Assembly: GCA_951406725.2 (NCBI GenBank)
Contig: OX597815.1
Coordinates: forward strand, 163,308,001-163,372,000
DNA length: 64,000 bases
Direction of reading: 5' to 3'
DNA from: Octopus vulgaris
Taxonomy: Eukaryota
Shown here: positions 12,517-26,398 of the stretch, piece by piece
Position numbering within the stretch: the first letter of the stretch is position 1
Layout of the letters: each line of letters opens with the position of its first letter
Translations under genes and position numbers: made by a program
Notes under the pieces: model-generated
Databases searched by the model: none
The model's input: only the letters and a program-made list of their open reading frames with translations
What the model was told of the DNA's origin: nothing

Positions 12517-13401
12517 TGGTATCACAAAGTTCCTAGACTAGTTATGCTTAATAAAAAATAACTTATTTACCTAAGTTTTAACATCATCTCCTTCGAAATA
12601 GTCACCTTGCCCAGCAATACACCGGTCTCTTTGGGAATCCGGACTGGAAGTGGTTTTCCGTAAGCGAGTCGAGGATCATCTGCGATTTACTTTTATTCTC
12701 AACAACGGTGTTAAAATGGCGACCTTTGAGCTCCATTTTCATCTTCAGGAAGACATAGAAGTTCACAGGTGCTAAATCTGGTGAATAAGGTGGTTGCAGA
12801 AGCAAAGTAATACCAAGCGATACCATGTTGATTTTGACGAGAAACTCACGAGTGAGGAGAGTTCAGTGATAGGGTACATTGTCGCTGCGAAGAATTTAAT
12901 TCTTCTCGCTCCACAGATCCGGTCGCTTTCGCCAAATGTCCTCTTTCAAATGCTTCAAAACGTCGTTGATTGTTTTGCGACGATCCTCATTTCCGGGGTC
13001 GACACTCATGGCAGATCTTCCTGATCGCTCATCTTCTTCCTTGGACGGGCTTCCACTTTTGACGTTATTCTATGCCACTCGAAACATGGCGTACGACCCG
13101 CTAACTCGTCACAGTAAGCTTGCCGAAAGCATGCTGAATGTCTCTGTAGCAGACTTCACAAGTTTAACGCGAAATTTCACGTTGGCTCTTTTGTTCCAAC
13201 TTCCTGACCATGACAACATCCATAACTACAGCTATACACGTGATGACAAAACCACAAATTTCACAACTTGCGAAGTAAACACAGCGATGTCATTCAGCAA
13301 ACTGCTTCATGGAGGTCACTGCTAGCTCTCATTGCGCACGCAACCGTGTGCTGCCATCAGTTGGTGTGCTACAGAACTATTCCTGAAATATTTTGATACC
13401 A
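12517..13401 (-). mobile_element. Mariner deletion derivative with degenerate TIRs
   Basis: TIRs gtggtatcacaaagttcctagacta and tattcctgaaatattttgatacca; ORF 12602-12826 contains QPPYSPDLAPVNFYVFLKMK (mariner YSPDLAP motif). Confidence 0.85.
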
Positions 13402-13850
13402 CATCATCCACTGTAACGCCATCTTTCACAATATCGTCTGAAGAATAACGCCCGTATACGACGTTTGTGACTGGAGAAAATTCTGATCGTCAGCTCCATC
13501 CTTCATCTTTTCGTTGTTAGAACTTGGTTTTGTGAATGCCTATTTGTCGGAGAAGGAAATTCAGTCACTGTGTCTTTTTTCAAGCATTACTTGCTGAGTG
13601 TTAACTACCATGGTTGTTGGTTCGTTTCTTAATTTCCCCGAGGCTGATCTCAAAGCTGCAAATAATACAGGATTAAGATTTTAAATATAAGCAATATTTT
13701 CAGTTGCTCGAATTCCACCAACATTGATTTTATGTTTCATCCCTTCGGGGTCGATAAAATAAGTACCAGTTGGTCACTGAGTCGATGTAATCAGCTTACT
13801 CCTCTCGCAATTGCTGGCCTTGAGCCAAAATTTGAAACAACAACAACAAC

Positions 13851-13863
13851 AATAATAATAGTG

Positions 13864-13928
<65 letters not shown>

Positions 13929-13952
13929 TATAACAATAACAATAATAATAAT
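13851..13952. repeat. (AAT)n microsatellite following a SINE A remnant (13700-13840)
   Basis: Direct observation. Confidence 0.95.
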
Positions 13953-14005
13953 ATAAATTATTATTATCATTATTATTTTTATCATCATTATTATTATTGC
14001 TATTA

Positions 14006-14215
14006 AGGCGGTGAGCTGGTAGAATCGTTAGCACGCCGAGCAAAATGTTTGGCGGCATTTTGTCCGTCTTTACGTTCAAATTTCGCCAGGGTCGATTTTG
14101 CCTTTCATCCTGTAGGGGTCGATAAATTAGGTATCAGAGAAACACTGGGGTCGATGTAAACCACTAGTCCCCTCCCCCAAAATTTCAGGTCTTGTGCCTT
14201 TAGTAGAAAGGATTA
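14006..14215 (+). mobile_element. SINE family A copy
   Basis: ggcggtgagctggtagaatcgttagcacgcc head, family A body and tail. Confidence 0.88.
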
Positions 14216-14254
14216 TTATCATTATTATCATTATACACACGTACACACACATTT

Positions 14255-14635
14255 GGAAGCACTCCGTCGGTTACGACCACGAGGGTTCCTGTTGATCCGA
14301 TCAACGGAACAGCCTGCTCGTGAAATTAACGTGTAAGTGTCTGAGCACTCCACAGACACGTGTACCCTTAACGTAGTTCTCGGGGATATTCAGCGTGACA
14401 CAGAGAGTGACAAGGCCGGCTCTTTGAAATACAGGTACAACAGAAACAGGAAGTAAGAGTGAGAGAAAGTTGTGGTGAAAGAGTACAGCAGGGATCACCA
14501 CCATCCCTGCCGGAGCCTCGTGGAGCTTTAGATGTTTTCGCTCAATAAACACTCACAACGCCCGGTCTGGGAATCGAAACCGCGATCCTACGACCGCGAG
14601 TTCGCTGCCCTAACCACTGGGCCATTGCGCCTCCA
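14255..14635 (-). mobile_element. Composite SINE: family C head joined to family D 3' half
   Basis: 14445-14635 is the reverse complement of the ggaggcgcaatggcccagtggttagggcagcg head seen at 27642; 14255-14440 matches the 3' half of 12152-12474. Confidence 0.8.
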
Positions 14636-14872
14636 CGCACACACACATACAGTACATATGTGTGTGTGTACAACTTATTGCAAAAAGTGAGAAAGTCGCC
14701 GTTTTCGAAGAGAGATTTTACTTAAAAGTTATTAACTATTTAAAAAATAATCTTAGAAAAGCAGAATGACACGAATCTTTTGCAATGAAGTTTACGTATT
14801 GTCTGTCAACAGTTTCATTCTATGTATGTATGTATGTATGTATGTATGTATGTATGTATGTATGTATGTATG

Positions 14873-14904
<32 letters not shown>

Positions 14905-15730
14905 CACACAAGACAAAACAACGAATCTTACAGTGAGGCTTCCCTTTCACATGCTGTGTTAGACTTTTATGCATTTAATTACACTCTCGAATCCATCTTG
15001 GTCAACGTGGCCTTACACCTTTAATTGCAATGTCAAATTTCTCTCTCCTAGGTTGATTTAATCGAAAACTTCCTCTTGCTTTCAAAAGATACAACGGATG
15101 TTTATCATGCAATTCTCGGTTTGTTTATTAAAATTATTTTCTGAAGTGTAATTCCCTCATAGACTTATTGTTTCCTTTCCTGTATTATTGTGTCGTCGAA
15201 TTGTATTGTTGCTTAAGATACACGAACGAAAGTATTCATTTTAATTTTATTTGGCGCTTTTATCCTTACCATTGTCATCATCCACGTTGCTGTTGTGTAG
15301 TAGCCATTACTGTTCGTTTCTGTATAATTTCAATGATTATGTTGTTGTCGTTGTTATTCGTATTGTAGTGGTCGTTATTTTTGGTGTTGTTGCACTTCGT
15401 ATTGTGTTCGTTACCGTTATTGTTCTCGTTGTTGTTACTGTTATTCGTATTATCGGCATGGACGCATAAATTGGATTTGTTTTAGTGTATTATTTCGATT
15501 TCTTTCGGAGGAAAAAGGTAGCCACCGTCGTTATGAGGAAAACATTGCTTACAAAAATACAAATATCATTGAAGCTACGTTGTATATATGGTTCTATCTG
15601 CACAAATGGAACATGCAACGAATAATAAAATTCTTATCCCGAGTTTCTTTTCCTCTTCATCGATGTAATAAGAATAACTGCGACTATTTTACTTGTCAAA
15701 AAAAGAAGTAATATCAAAACTTTATATATA

Positions 15731-16148
15731 AGGTGCAGGAGTGGCTGTGTGGTAAGAAGCTTGCTTACCAACCACATAGTTCCGGGTTCAGTCCCACTGC
15801 GTGGCACCTTGGGCAAGAATCTTCTACTATAACCTCGGGCCGACGATAGCCTTGTGAGTGGATTTAGCAGACGGAAACTGAAAGAAGCTCATCATATACA
15901 TACATACATACATAAATATATATATATATATGTATATATATGTGTGTGTGTGTTTGTGTTTGTCCCCCCCAACATCGCTTGACAACCGATGCTGTTGTGT
16001 TTACGTCCCCGTAACTTAGCGGTTCGGCAAAAGAGAACTATAGAATAAGTACTAGGCTTACAAAGAATAAGTCTTGGGGTCGATTAGCTCGACTAAAGGC
16101 AGTGCTCTAGCATGGCTGCAGTCAAATGACTGAAACAAGTAAAAGAAT
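15731..16148 (+). mobile_element. tRNA-derived SINE family B with internal microsatellite
   Basis: gcaggagtggctgtgtggtaag...ggttcagtcccactgcgtggcaccttgggcaag head, internal (TA)/(TG) tract, tail cagtcaaatgactgaaacaagtaaaaga. Confidence 0.9.
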
Positions 16149-16322
16149 AACTTTAAACTCCATCTTTTCACGGTAAAGTCAGTAGCAATAAGCAAAATAA
16201 TTGCTTCTGATTTGGGCAAGAGGCCAGCAATTCGGAGGGTCTAGTGTTAGTCGAAACCATCAACATTATTACCTCACCTTATATCAACTCTGAAGAGATG
16301 AAACACAAAATTGAAGTCGGCA

Positions 16323-16444
16323 CACTGGGCTGCACTTTTATGGGTCAGCACCACTTTTGAGTCTACTGTAAGCAATATGTATTTTTTGTGGTGGAAAAAT
16401 GAAGGGCTGTCCCGGGCGGCACACACACACTAGCTACGCTAGTG
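16323..16444. mobile_element. Small hAT-like insertion nested in a minus-strand SINE A
   Basis: Ends cact...agtg with ctagctacgctagtg terminus; 8-bp flanks agtcggca and cgtcggca; removal restores the SINE A body. Confidence 0.6.
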
Positions 16445-16774
16445 CGTCGGCAGGATTTGAACTCGGAATATATAGAGCCAAAACAAATGTCGCAAAGCAT
16501 TTTTTCGACGCTCTAACGATTCTCTCAGATCTCTAATAATAGTAATGGTTTCTAATTTATGCACGATTTTAGGAATTTTGAAGCAAGGAGAAATTAGCAG
16601 CTTTGTGGTATTTTAGTTTATCGATTACTCGATACGTGTGCAACTCAGAATAAAAAAAAAATGTCATGGGACTTTCTCAATACGCAACCAATACAGCGCC
16701 ATTTACTACTCAATTACCTTCAAATACTAAACAAGCTTTCACAACAAAATCGGCGTAATACGCAAACAATATGG

Positions 16775-17225
16775 TGGAGGCACGTAGTTTAGTGGTTAGG
16801 GTGTTGGACTCATGATCGTAAGATCGTGGTTTCGATTCCTGGACCGGGTGACACGCTGTGTTCTTGCGCAAAACGCTTCCTTTCGCGTTGCTCCAGTCTA
16901 CTCAGCAAAAATGAGCATTATGATGAAGCTACGACAGACCTAGTAAGCCGGCAATGGATGGTGGAGGTGCCTAAGAAAAACAAACAAACAAACAAACAAC
17001 ATAACAGTAAGTGCAAGCGTGACTGTATGGTAAGAAACTTGCTTCCCAACCACATAGATCCGGGTTCAGTCCCACTGCGTGGCAGCTTGGGTAAGTCTAC
17101 TGATTGAAGCAAGTAAAATTAAAAGGAAGTTTTGAACTGAATAGTTCGACTAAAGCCCTTCAAGCGGTGCCCCAGCATGGCTGCAGTCCAATGACTGAGA
17201 CAAGTAAAAGATAAAAGATAAAAGT
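16775..17225 (+). mobile_element. SINE D head (16775-16920) and deleted SINE B copy (17010-17225)
   Basis: Similarity to the copies at 12152 and 15731. Confidence 0.75.
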
Positions 17226-18736
17226 AACTCCACCAAAAAGGAGATGGCCATAGAAGACACTGTATAGCTATTTGCTTTTAAAGTGTACTACAAAACCTCG
17301 ACTGAAGTAATAAAGAATACTCTACGTAGTCGCTCAACTTGTCAGAAATAGCAGCCAAATCTCCGTCAAGTAACACACGCACGCACATACTACATTACAA
17401 AATCTAAATAAACATTGGATAAAGTAACCTTAGGTACGCAACGCCTGAAAAAAATTATAATGAGAAAGTGATGGCCATAGTGTCTTTGATCATAGATCTG
17501 CTTAATCGAAGATGATCTGAGGCTACATAACAACAATTCTGTTTGTCCTCAGTCGAATGTGTATATTCTCCCCCTCTCTCTGTCTCACTCCCTCACATAC
17601 TTTAATATAAAAAGCTGAGAGCAATGAAAAGAGCTATGAAATCAGGATCTACGGTAACTACAGCATTGGTAGTTCTAAGTCAGCACATGTAGCTTCAAAG
17701 TGAAAATAACAATTTCAAAGTGAGCATGTATCATTTCAATTAGGAAAGCAATTTTAAAGTGAGCATAGTTCAACTCAACAAGTTGATACTATATAATGTC
17801 CAAGAGAGCATATACCGCATCAAAGTGAGATTAACAATTTCAAAGTGAGTACATTACACTTAAAACTTAAAATGACTTAACTCGTCAACGATTCAATAAA
17901 AACGCAATTTTTTTCTCGGAACTTTTTCTCCTTGATAAAATTTATAATTACATGAGGCTTTGAAATTGTATTGTTTATGTCGCTTTGTATATTATACATC
18001 AAACTGTAGTAATTGAATATTTTTTCACAAAACAAACACGAATAAGTGAATTTGTGATATTGTGTTTCTATGGCGAGTGAACTGCATACTGACTTTGGTT
18101 TTGCAAATAGCACATATTTTTTTTACCCTGTTGCAGAGTATATATATCCTCTGTTGGTACTGTTCATTTATAAACTAATGTAATATGCGAATTTGCATTC
18201 ACTTTTACATAATCCTGCAAGTTCTTATAAAAATCCATAATAAAATATAAAATTTTAATAATGAGATTCAGTGTGGTTGAATACGCCAAAATGGAATATG
18301 ACACTGCTTGGAACACATACACACACGCACTTCAGTGCGATATTCTGTATAAACAAGACAAAACGACAAATCTGTTCTTTTTCAATGACAGGAGGTCAAA
18401 CTACAAAAGTGTTATTCCCATTGTTATAGCTTGCTTCTGATTCTGGAACCGCTATTCCCGCTCTGAAGTGAGAAAAGTGATTTCAAAGCCTCATTCTGAA
18501 ATCATAAATCTCACTTTGAAATCGCATGAGTTCGTGTAGGATTGCAAATACTGAAGTGGTTATCCGCGTCGGTAAAAATTATTTACCAGATTTTGCAAAT
18601 AAGAATTCGTTTGCCTGCTGTGATGTAAAAGAGAATTCATTCACATCACGTCAAGTCCATCGTCGGAGAGAGAAAACATTTTTGCAAAAGCCAATCGAAA
18701 TTGAATAATGACTTCCCATCATTTTAGCATTTTTAA

Positions 18737-18943
18737 CCCTTTAGCATTTAAGCCGGCCATATCAGGTTCAAATATGCTTATGTTCAAACCAGCCATATCT
18801 GGCCACTCACACCTACCTCACAATGTTATTCTAAAAATAAACATTTACATCATAAAAATCTTGAAGCTATAAGATAATGCATGATTAATTCAAAACAATA
18901 TGAATAAAATTACATTTGACAAAGAAATATTAATACTATAGGG
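18737..18943. mobile_element. piggyBac-type MITE
   Basis: TTAA on both sides (18733-18736 and 18944-18947); TIRs ccctttagcatt and aatactataggg. Confidence 0.8.
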
Positions 18944-20322
18944 TTAAAGTGATTAATCTTAGATTGATGCGCCTTCACATTAGATTTTTTCTCTTATCAG
19001 ATAAGAGAAAAAAATCTATCAGAAAGGAACTCTATCTCTCTTAAAAAAAATATCTTTTGATAAGCATAACAAATGCGCAACCGGTAAAAAGAACTTTCAC
19101 CTAATTAAATACACTCTCCCTTACTTAAATTATTTTGTCAGCATTTTCTTCATTTCCTTTTTTTAAATATCACAACTCGTGTTCCACATCTCCTTTTCTA
19201 AATATATATATATATATATCTGCAATCATTGCATCGATTTAAATACAGAGCTATCATCAGCTGCACAAATAAATAAAATTTTAATCAGTTGGATACATTA
19301 ATATAATTTTTCTCAAATACTTTGACAGAGCAAGAAGATGGAGGAAATCTATGTTGTCGCTATCATAGCTAAGAATAGACTACACTTCCAAGAAAGGCAT
19401 GAAGCCCACTGTGGTCATAGCTTGTAAAGGATTGCGGTTCATTTCTAATTTATTTGTCTTTTTATCAACTACTAAATCTAAGACTAGAGGACTGTGATTG
19501 GAACGAATGGCAAGAGTGAGTTGACAGCTCATAAATATTGTCAAGCCATTAGGAGTAGTAAATTGGGTACAGAATAACTGTCTATAAAACGAGGCTGGGT
19601 TGGGGAAGACCCTAAATAATGATGTTAATTACCAGTTAAAGGGGCAAGACGCTAATAAAACCTATGATGCTAATACAGAGGAAATTTTATCATGGGGCAC
19701 TATGATATACTACCCCATTGTTTATAAACAATATTATGTTGTATAAAAATAAAATTTGAGATTATCAAAAATGATATCATAACCAAAATAGGTAAATTGT
19801 GTGTACATATCAATTATTAACATTAAAAAGGAAAGATTACATAGAATCAGTTTAATATTCATTCCTGTACTTAATTATTTACTTATTAGGTGGTTTCTAT
19901 AAAAACTGCTCTGGGCACTTACTTATGGAATACTGGAAAGATAAATATGCTATCTATATATTAATTGTAAGCCAAGAATCAGAACAAGTAAAGATGTGTA
20001 CATGCGCACACATATTTATCTATGTGCACACATGCACAAATATTTTTACGTTTATATGGATATAGTATAACCATCTCACATAGACTTAAGTAATTAAAAA
20101 AATATCTATTTACGAAAAAGAAAAATGACAAGTTATAAGGTCGTACGGCATCACTTCTTGATATATGGTTGCTTGTTTTGATTTTATTCACCTTACTTCG
20201 AGCTATGCGGATAATACCGGACTGACTTGGGCTTCTACTTAAGTACCTAATTCAACTGAATCTCAATTACTTCTTAACACGTCTACCAAACCTATACATA
20301 CATACATACATACATACATACA

Positions 20323-20390
<68 letters not shown>

Positions 20391-20523
20391 TATATATATA
20401 TCTTTTATTAAACTTTTAATACTTTTGATACATATTTAAAATAATATAAATTAATTAATTTTAGGTATTGGCTTAAGTTTTTCATTGTTTGATTTGCCTA
20501 ATAGTGGTTTTATCTCTAATTTA

Positions 20524-20589
<66 letters not shown>

Positions 20590-20824
20590 TATATATATAT
20601 ATATACATATTCGTATATATTCATATATATATAATTTTAAAATAGGATATTTTTTATCCTATTTTTAAGTAGGATATAAGCACGTTGTTACCGAAATGTA
20701 ATTCGAAAAAGCGCGCCATTTACATAGATGTATAAGGGGTGAACAGTTCTAGATACTACGTTGGATACGATGGTTGTTCGTCTAGTATGTTGATTTTGTT
20801 CGTTCATTATAAATCTTGAACTAT

Positions 20825-20890
20825 GCTTACACTGATGAGTAAAGAGTGCAAACCACTGCACTGATTACGAAATCACAGGTGATCTGTAGC
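20825..20890 (+). ncRNA. Type I hammerhead ribozyme motif with canonical core
   Basis: Helix I gcttaca/tgtagc; CTGATGA at 20832-20838; helix II gtaa..agtgca/tgcact..ttac with canonical G10.1-C11.1; GAAA at 20869-20872; helix III tcac/gtga; ATC site ending at 20884; inside a module of about 400 bp between (TA)n runs. Confidence 0.8.
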
Positions 20891-21016
20891 TGAATTCTGT
20901 TTTCAAATGACTTTCTTCGAGAGTTGCATTCGGTACGATATGTTTATTTATTTTAGTAGTTTTGACTTTAAGAGTTCCTCCTAGCGTGTGGCATTTATGT
21001 GCAATAATGCCCTCTG

Positions 21017-21119
<103 letters not shown>

Positions 21120-22059
21120 TGTGTGTGTGTATGTATGTGTGTATGTATACACATTAACGCACTTTATGTATTTGAGTAGTATATCCTTGGTTGAGACATT
21201 TAACCAACCAAAACGTTACCATTGGGTTTGCATCTACCATTGCCAAGCTGTAACTACAGTGAAATGTGCATCTATCACTCTCACAGTACTTCCAGGGCAT
21301 TGTATTTCATGCCTCTTCCCTTATTTACTGTATGATTCATCTTTAATATATGTTCCTCTCCACTCAGAAGCAAACAACGTAAGCAGAAGTCTACAGTGAC
21401 ACACCATGCTTAATTTAAAGTTAGTCGACTGTCTCATATTCTAATATTCCAGTTTCCCTTTGTCAATTCTTCCACACAATCTCTTCCCAAATTGCATTGC
21501 TTCATTTTACAAGAAAGACTCAATTAGTTGATGACTCTGTGTCTATAGTATTATATAATTGATTTCTCATTTTAATCTACTTCAACGGCGATGATATAAT
21601 TACCATATATATAGTCAGGCGTTCATTATTATTTCTTTACCACTGGTGTTGATTTGTAGTTTACTTTCGTGTATGTGGCGCTAGCTTTATGTTGCTTTCA
21701 TCTTTGATGTATGTGGCTGCATTGACGCGGTTACCAAGTAGTTATTGCTTTCTCAACCACTGACTTAAGTGGGATGAAAATCTAAAGAATCGGCGACAAA
21801 ATGCATGTATGTATGTATGTATGTATGTATGTTTGTATGTATGTATGTATGTATGTATGTATGTATGTATGTATGTATGTATGTATGTATGTATGTATGC
21901 ATTTAACTCGATTTAACAACAAGTACACACGCACACATAGATGTTAGGTTCAAGTATGACTATGTGGTTGAGAAGTTTGTTCCCCAACCACATGGTTCCA
22001 CGTTCAATCTCTCTGCATGATACTTAATGCAAGTGTTTTCTACTATAGCCCTAGGCCAA

Positions 22060-22497
22060 CCACATTGGTCACTCTGCGGGATGAAAAACAAAACTCGTCA
22101 AAGGGCGGAGGAACTTTTGAAAGTCAACGGCCATCCAATAAATGTATTAAGGCTGTATCATGCGCGGGGACATAGAAATAATCGGACTGAATACCCGATC
22201 GCGTGGTTAAACCATTGGGAGTGAAGGACTCCTAGCCTTTGTTAGGGCATCCTTCTAGGAGAATGTAACTCAAGTAACTGGGATAACTCCGACATAAAAC
22301 CTGCGGCTCAGTGGTTACCGATGATGTTGACTTGTTCTTCTTTTCGGATTATGGCTGCTGTTGCTTAGTGAGTGGAATTGACTCTGTGCACAACCTTTCT
22401 TCACTGTAAAAAATCTTCTTGCACAGGCATTGCACGATAACAACATTGATTAAGCTTCATGCAATGGCCATACTCGATAACGAGGGGGCAGCCACCA
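22060..22497 (+). mobile_element. Probable RTE-type 5'UTR-derived repeat
   Basis: ttgttagggcatccttctaggagaatgtaactc...aaacc segment recalls RTE/BovB-like 5'UTRs; non-coding; followed by (TATG)n. Confidence 0.35.
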
Positions 22498-22615
22498 TGT
22501 ATGTATGTATGTATGTATGTATGTATGTATGTATGTATGTATGTATGTATGTATTTTTGTGTCTGTTTGTCTGTCTATCTCTTCATCCTTTCTTTGCTTA
22601 TAAACATATTTTACT

Positions 22616-22643
22616 AGTAATGCACCCCGGCGTTGCTCGGGTG
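22616..22643 (-). mobile_element. Helitron 3' terminus
   Basis: Reverse complement of cccgagcaacgccggg...CTAG-T, the same terminus as at 10815-10842. Confidence 0.7.
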
Positions 22644-23827
22644 CTATGAACTACATCAACATTGTATTATCTGTTCCTTTGTTACGGGCAGAATCGGCAC
22701 ACGATGAGTATGAAACAAAAAGCACTTCTTTATAAACATGTTTTTCGGTCATTTTCTGATTAACAACGCCGAAGTTTCTGTCAACCAAATTCAGTCACAA
22801 GTCTGTAGTTGGCCTGGGGCTATAGTAGAAAACACTTGCCCTAAGTATCATGCAGAGAAATTGAACGTGGAACCATGTGGTTGGGGAACAAACTTCTCAA
22901 CCATATAGTCATACTTGCACCTAACATCTATGTGTGCGTGTGTACTTGTTGTTAAACCGAGTATTGTGTCCCACTATGTCCCAAAGTTCATCAAGCACAG
23001 ATCTATAAAATAAATGCCAGATTGAAATGCGTACTGAGGTCAGTATAATCAATTAAGTTTTTGAAGATGATACCCCATTATGGTGATAGTCAAAAAGACT
23101 AAACCCAGTGAAATAATGTTTAAAGACTTAATGGCTTCAGATTTAAGGATTTATGGATTACAAATCACAAGATAATGAGTTCATAACTTCGTACTGAATT
23201 TCCACTCTGAACGATAACATTATATGTACATCTCAGTCTACTTGACTTCCAGCAATTAACAATTGTAATTTGAAGTTGAATGGTTAGCCGTAATTATAGG
23301 GCAAAATATTCTGAGAAAAAGTGTTTTTTCCCCAGAACAAAACACACACACACACACACACACACGCACGCACGCACACACATACACAGATGTCTCTGTG
23401 GTAACTTGAGCCACTACAAATAGCAGCCAAATCTCTCTTTAAACACACCCTTTCATCTAAATAAAGACACAAATGTACAGTATTTCAGGAAGGAAAAAAA
23501 AGTATGCGATCGGTCTGCTACAAGAGAGACAACTCTGGGCTAAACTAAACGCAGACAAACATACTTCACGTTAAGAAATTATCTACTATATAATATTAAT
23601 AAATTAACGGTATATCTTCGAAGTTTCATTCCCTGGTAAAACTCCACGTATTTCAAACATGTTCTCATGCTTTAAGACTCAAAAATTGTTCAGGCAGATT
23701 TGCATCCACCAGCTAGCGACCTCAAAATTGTGCGACCCGACCTCATTTCCCAGGTTAGTTTTGTAGTAAAAGAGAGCTGTGCAAGAAACATACTTCAAAT
23801 ATATATGAATATATACACATTCATTTA

Positions 23828-23904
<77 letters not shown>

Positions 23905-23950
23905 AAAAATATATATAAAAATACAAAATGGAACAAGAACGCAAAACACT

Positions 23951-24068
<118 letters not shown>

Positions 24069-24129
24069 TGTATGTGTCTATTTGTCTGTATGCTTGTTCG
24101 TATATACGTATGTATGAATGTGTAATTGA

Positions 24130-25062
24130 CCAGTTTTCAAGATTTCTTGCTAATAGAGAAAGAATCGGTTTCTACCCTAGATGCAAGGCTGTTTCATTGG
24201 AATTTCAACATCAACAACAGGGTATTTTTGTTTGTATGTATATGTTCAGATTTGTATGTTTTGTTTTATGTATGCATTCTCATGCATATAGTTGCATATC
24301 TAGACATGCTCATATATATTGAAATGATAAACTTCTGGAAAGTTTTACAAATTTTTACAGTTCCTGTGATGTACTGGATCTGTAGTCTTCGAATTTGCTT
24401 TCTCCTTTCTGGTTCTGAGAAGCCTAATTTCTCAAGATTGGTATTTCGGCAGTGTGCTACATATTCCAGCGCCCCAATAATTACAGCTATGAACCTGAAC
24501 TTGTAATCTGGATAAAGTAACTGAAGATTTCTCAATAGTTCGGTGTAGGTATTCTATTTTTCACTAATCTTCAGCTTTATGTTAGCATCTGCTGGGCAGC
24601 TAATTTCCACAACCGTACACAGTTTTTCTTGCTTTATCCCAAGTCATTATATCAGGTCTGTTGTGCTTACATTTTATTGAGTTTTTCACTGGGACATTCC
24701 ACCAGTACTCCTTTTTATTATGAGAGGCTATGGCTTCTACCTTATTGTGGGTTCTTATTTCTTTGTCCTCGGGGTTATCTTTCTGACGGATTTCATTATA
24801 GAGTATCCTAGCAACAATATCATGTCTCATCAGTAGATAATACGGTGATGACATTTTCAGACATCTGCTTATGATGTGGGTGATATTTTCGGTGTTAACT
24901 CCAGAAAGTCTGCATCGGGTTGTCACATTTTACTGTTTTCCTGCATCTCTATCCCTTTTGTGCACCAGGTATCTGATTGATATTTCCTGTTCCTGGATTG
25001 CAAACACATACCCTTCAAAGTGGGAGGTAATGATCCGGCTATTAATCCATGATAGACAGCTT
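24130..25062 (-). mobile_element. R4/Dong-like non-LTR retrotransposon 3' fragment (restriction-like endonuclease)
   Basis: CRLSGVNTENITHIISRC (degenerate CCHC knuckle), RHD, HNRPDI, EISCP and KENTY motifs across ORFs 24600-24926 and 24266-24535 with a frameshift; 3'UTR repeated at about 25281-25535. Confidence 0.85.
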
Positions 25063-25138
25063 TGATGATCAATGTTTCTGTATGTCTGTCTGTCTATCTG
25101 GTTGTCTGCCTGCCTGCCTGCTTGCCTGCCTGCCTGCC

Positions 25139-25169
<31 letters not shown>

Positions 25170-25194
25170 ATGTCTGTCTGTCTGTTTGTATGTA

Positions 25195-25233
<39 letters not shown>

Positions 25234-25797
25234 ATGTATGTATGTATGTATGTATGTATGTATGTATGTATGTATATACGTCATTGTTCAGTTTTATTTC
25301 AAGGTTTAATGCCAATAGAGAAATTGCCGGGTTCTAACCTAGATTCAAGACTCCTTCATTTGAAATTTCAACATCAAAAACAGGGTACGTATGTATGTAT
25401 GTATGTATGTATGTATGTATGTATGTATGTATGCATGCATGTATGTACGTATGTATGTATGTGTGCAGATTTATATATTTTGCTTTATGTATGTATTCTC
25501 ATGCATATAATTGCATATATAGATATGCTCATATATGTATGTATGCATGTATGTATGTATTTATGTATGTATGTATGTATGTATAACGAAATATTTGGCA
25601 GTAGCTTCGAAGTTTTCACTTAGATGGCTTTGTTGACTGTTTCACAAAGACAGTCATCTGAGAATCTCTGATGTCATCGTCAATATTTTTCTTGTAAAAC
25701 CGCATTTTATACCCTGCTTGAGTGCTTTGAGGGTACTTTCAGTCAATATTTGATTGTTTTTTATGTATGAGCAAACAGAAAAAAACATTAACGTGTT

Positions 25798-25836
<39 letters not shown>

Positions 25837-25979
25837 GTGTGTGCATATGTGTGTGTGTCTCTCTGTGTGTGTCTTATGCGTGTGTCTGTCTATCTCTCTA
25901 TCTATCTATCTATCTATTCAAATATTTATGTATGCATACATATTTATCTGAGCGAGTATACATATGTGCCTGTGCGTGC

Positions 25980-26048
<69 letters not shown>

Positions 26049-26052
26049 TATA

Positions 26053-26184
<132 letters not shown>

Positions 26185-26189
26185 TATCG

Positions 26190-26398
26190 CCATGTTGATT
26201 CGTTAGCTACTGCACGCATTTTTTTCTCTCCTTCTTTCTGTGTTTTTCTCTCTCTGTGTATCTTTCTGTTGAAGAGCGTAGGCTCGAAACGTTAAAGACT
26301 TGTTTTATTTATATTTCCTGAGCGCCATACTAATACAATTGTTCGTTTGTTCTCCACCTGCCTTCGTCTTTTGTTTATTTTCATAAAGCTTCCCGTTA
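26190..26398 (+). mobile_element. Element of about 200 bp embedded in (TA)n with hammerhead-like hairpin, copy 2
   Basis: tcttt-ctgttga-a-gagc-gtag-gctc-gaaa-cgtt-aaaga at 26261-26298; homolog of 9900-10075. Confidence 0.65.

Larger units (their letters stand above)
21906..22962. repeat. Inverted duplication of about 155 bp (21906-22059 and 22808-22962) comprising a SINE B head plus its unique flank
   Basis: Both arms share the non-SINE flank aacaacaagtacacacgcacacatagatgttagg and private SINE substitutions. Confidence 0.85.
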
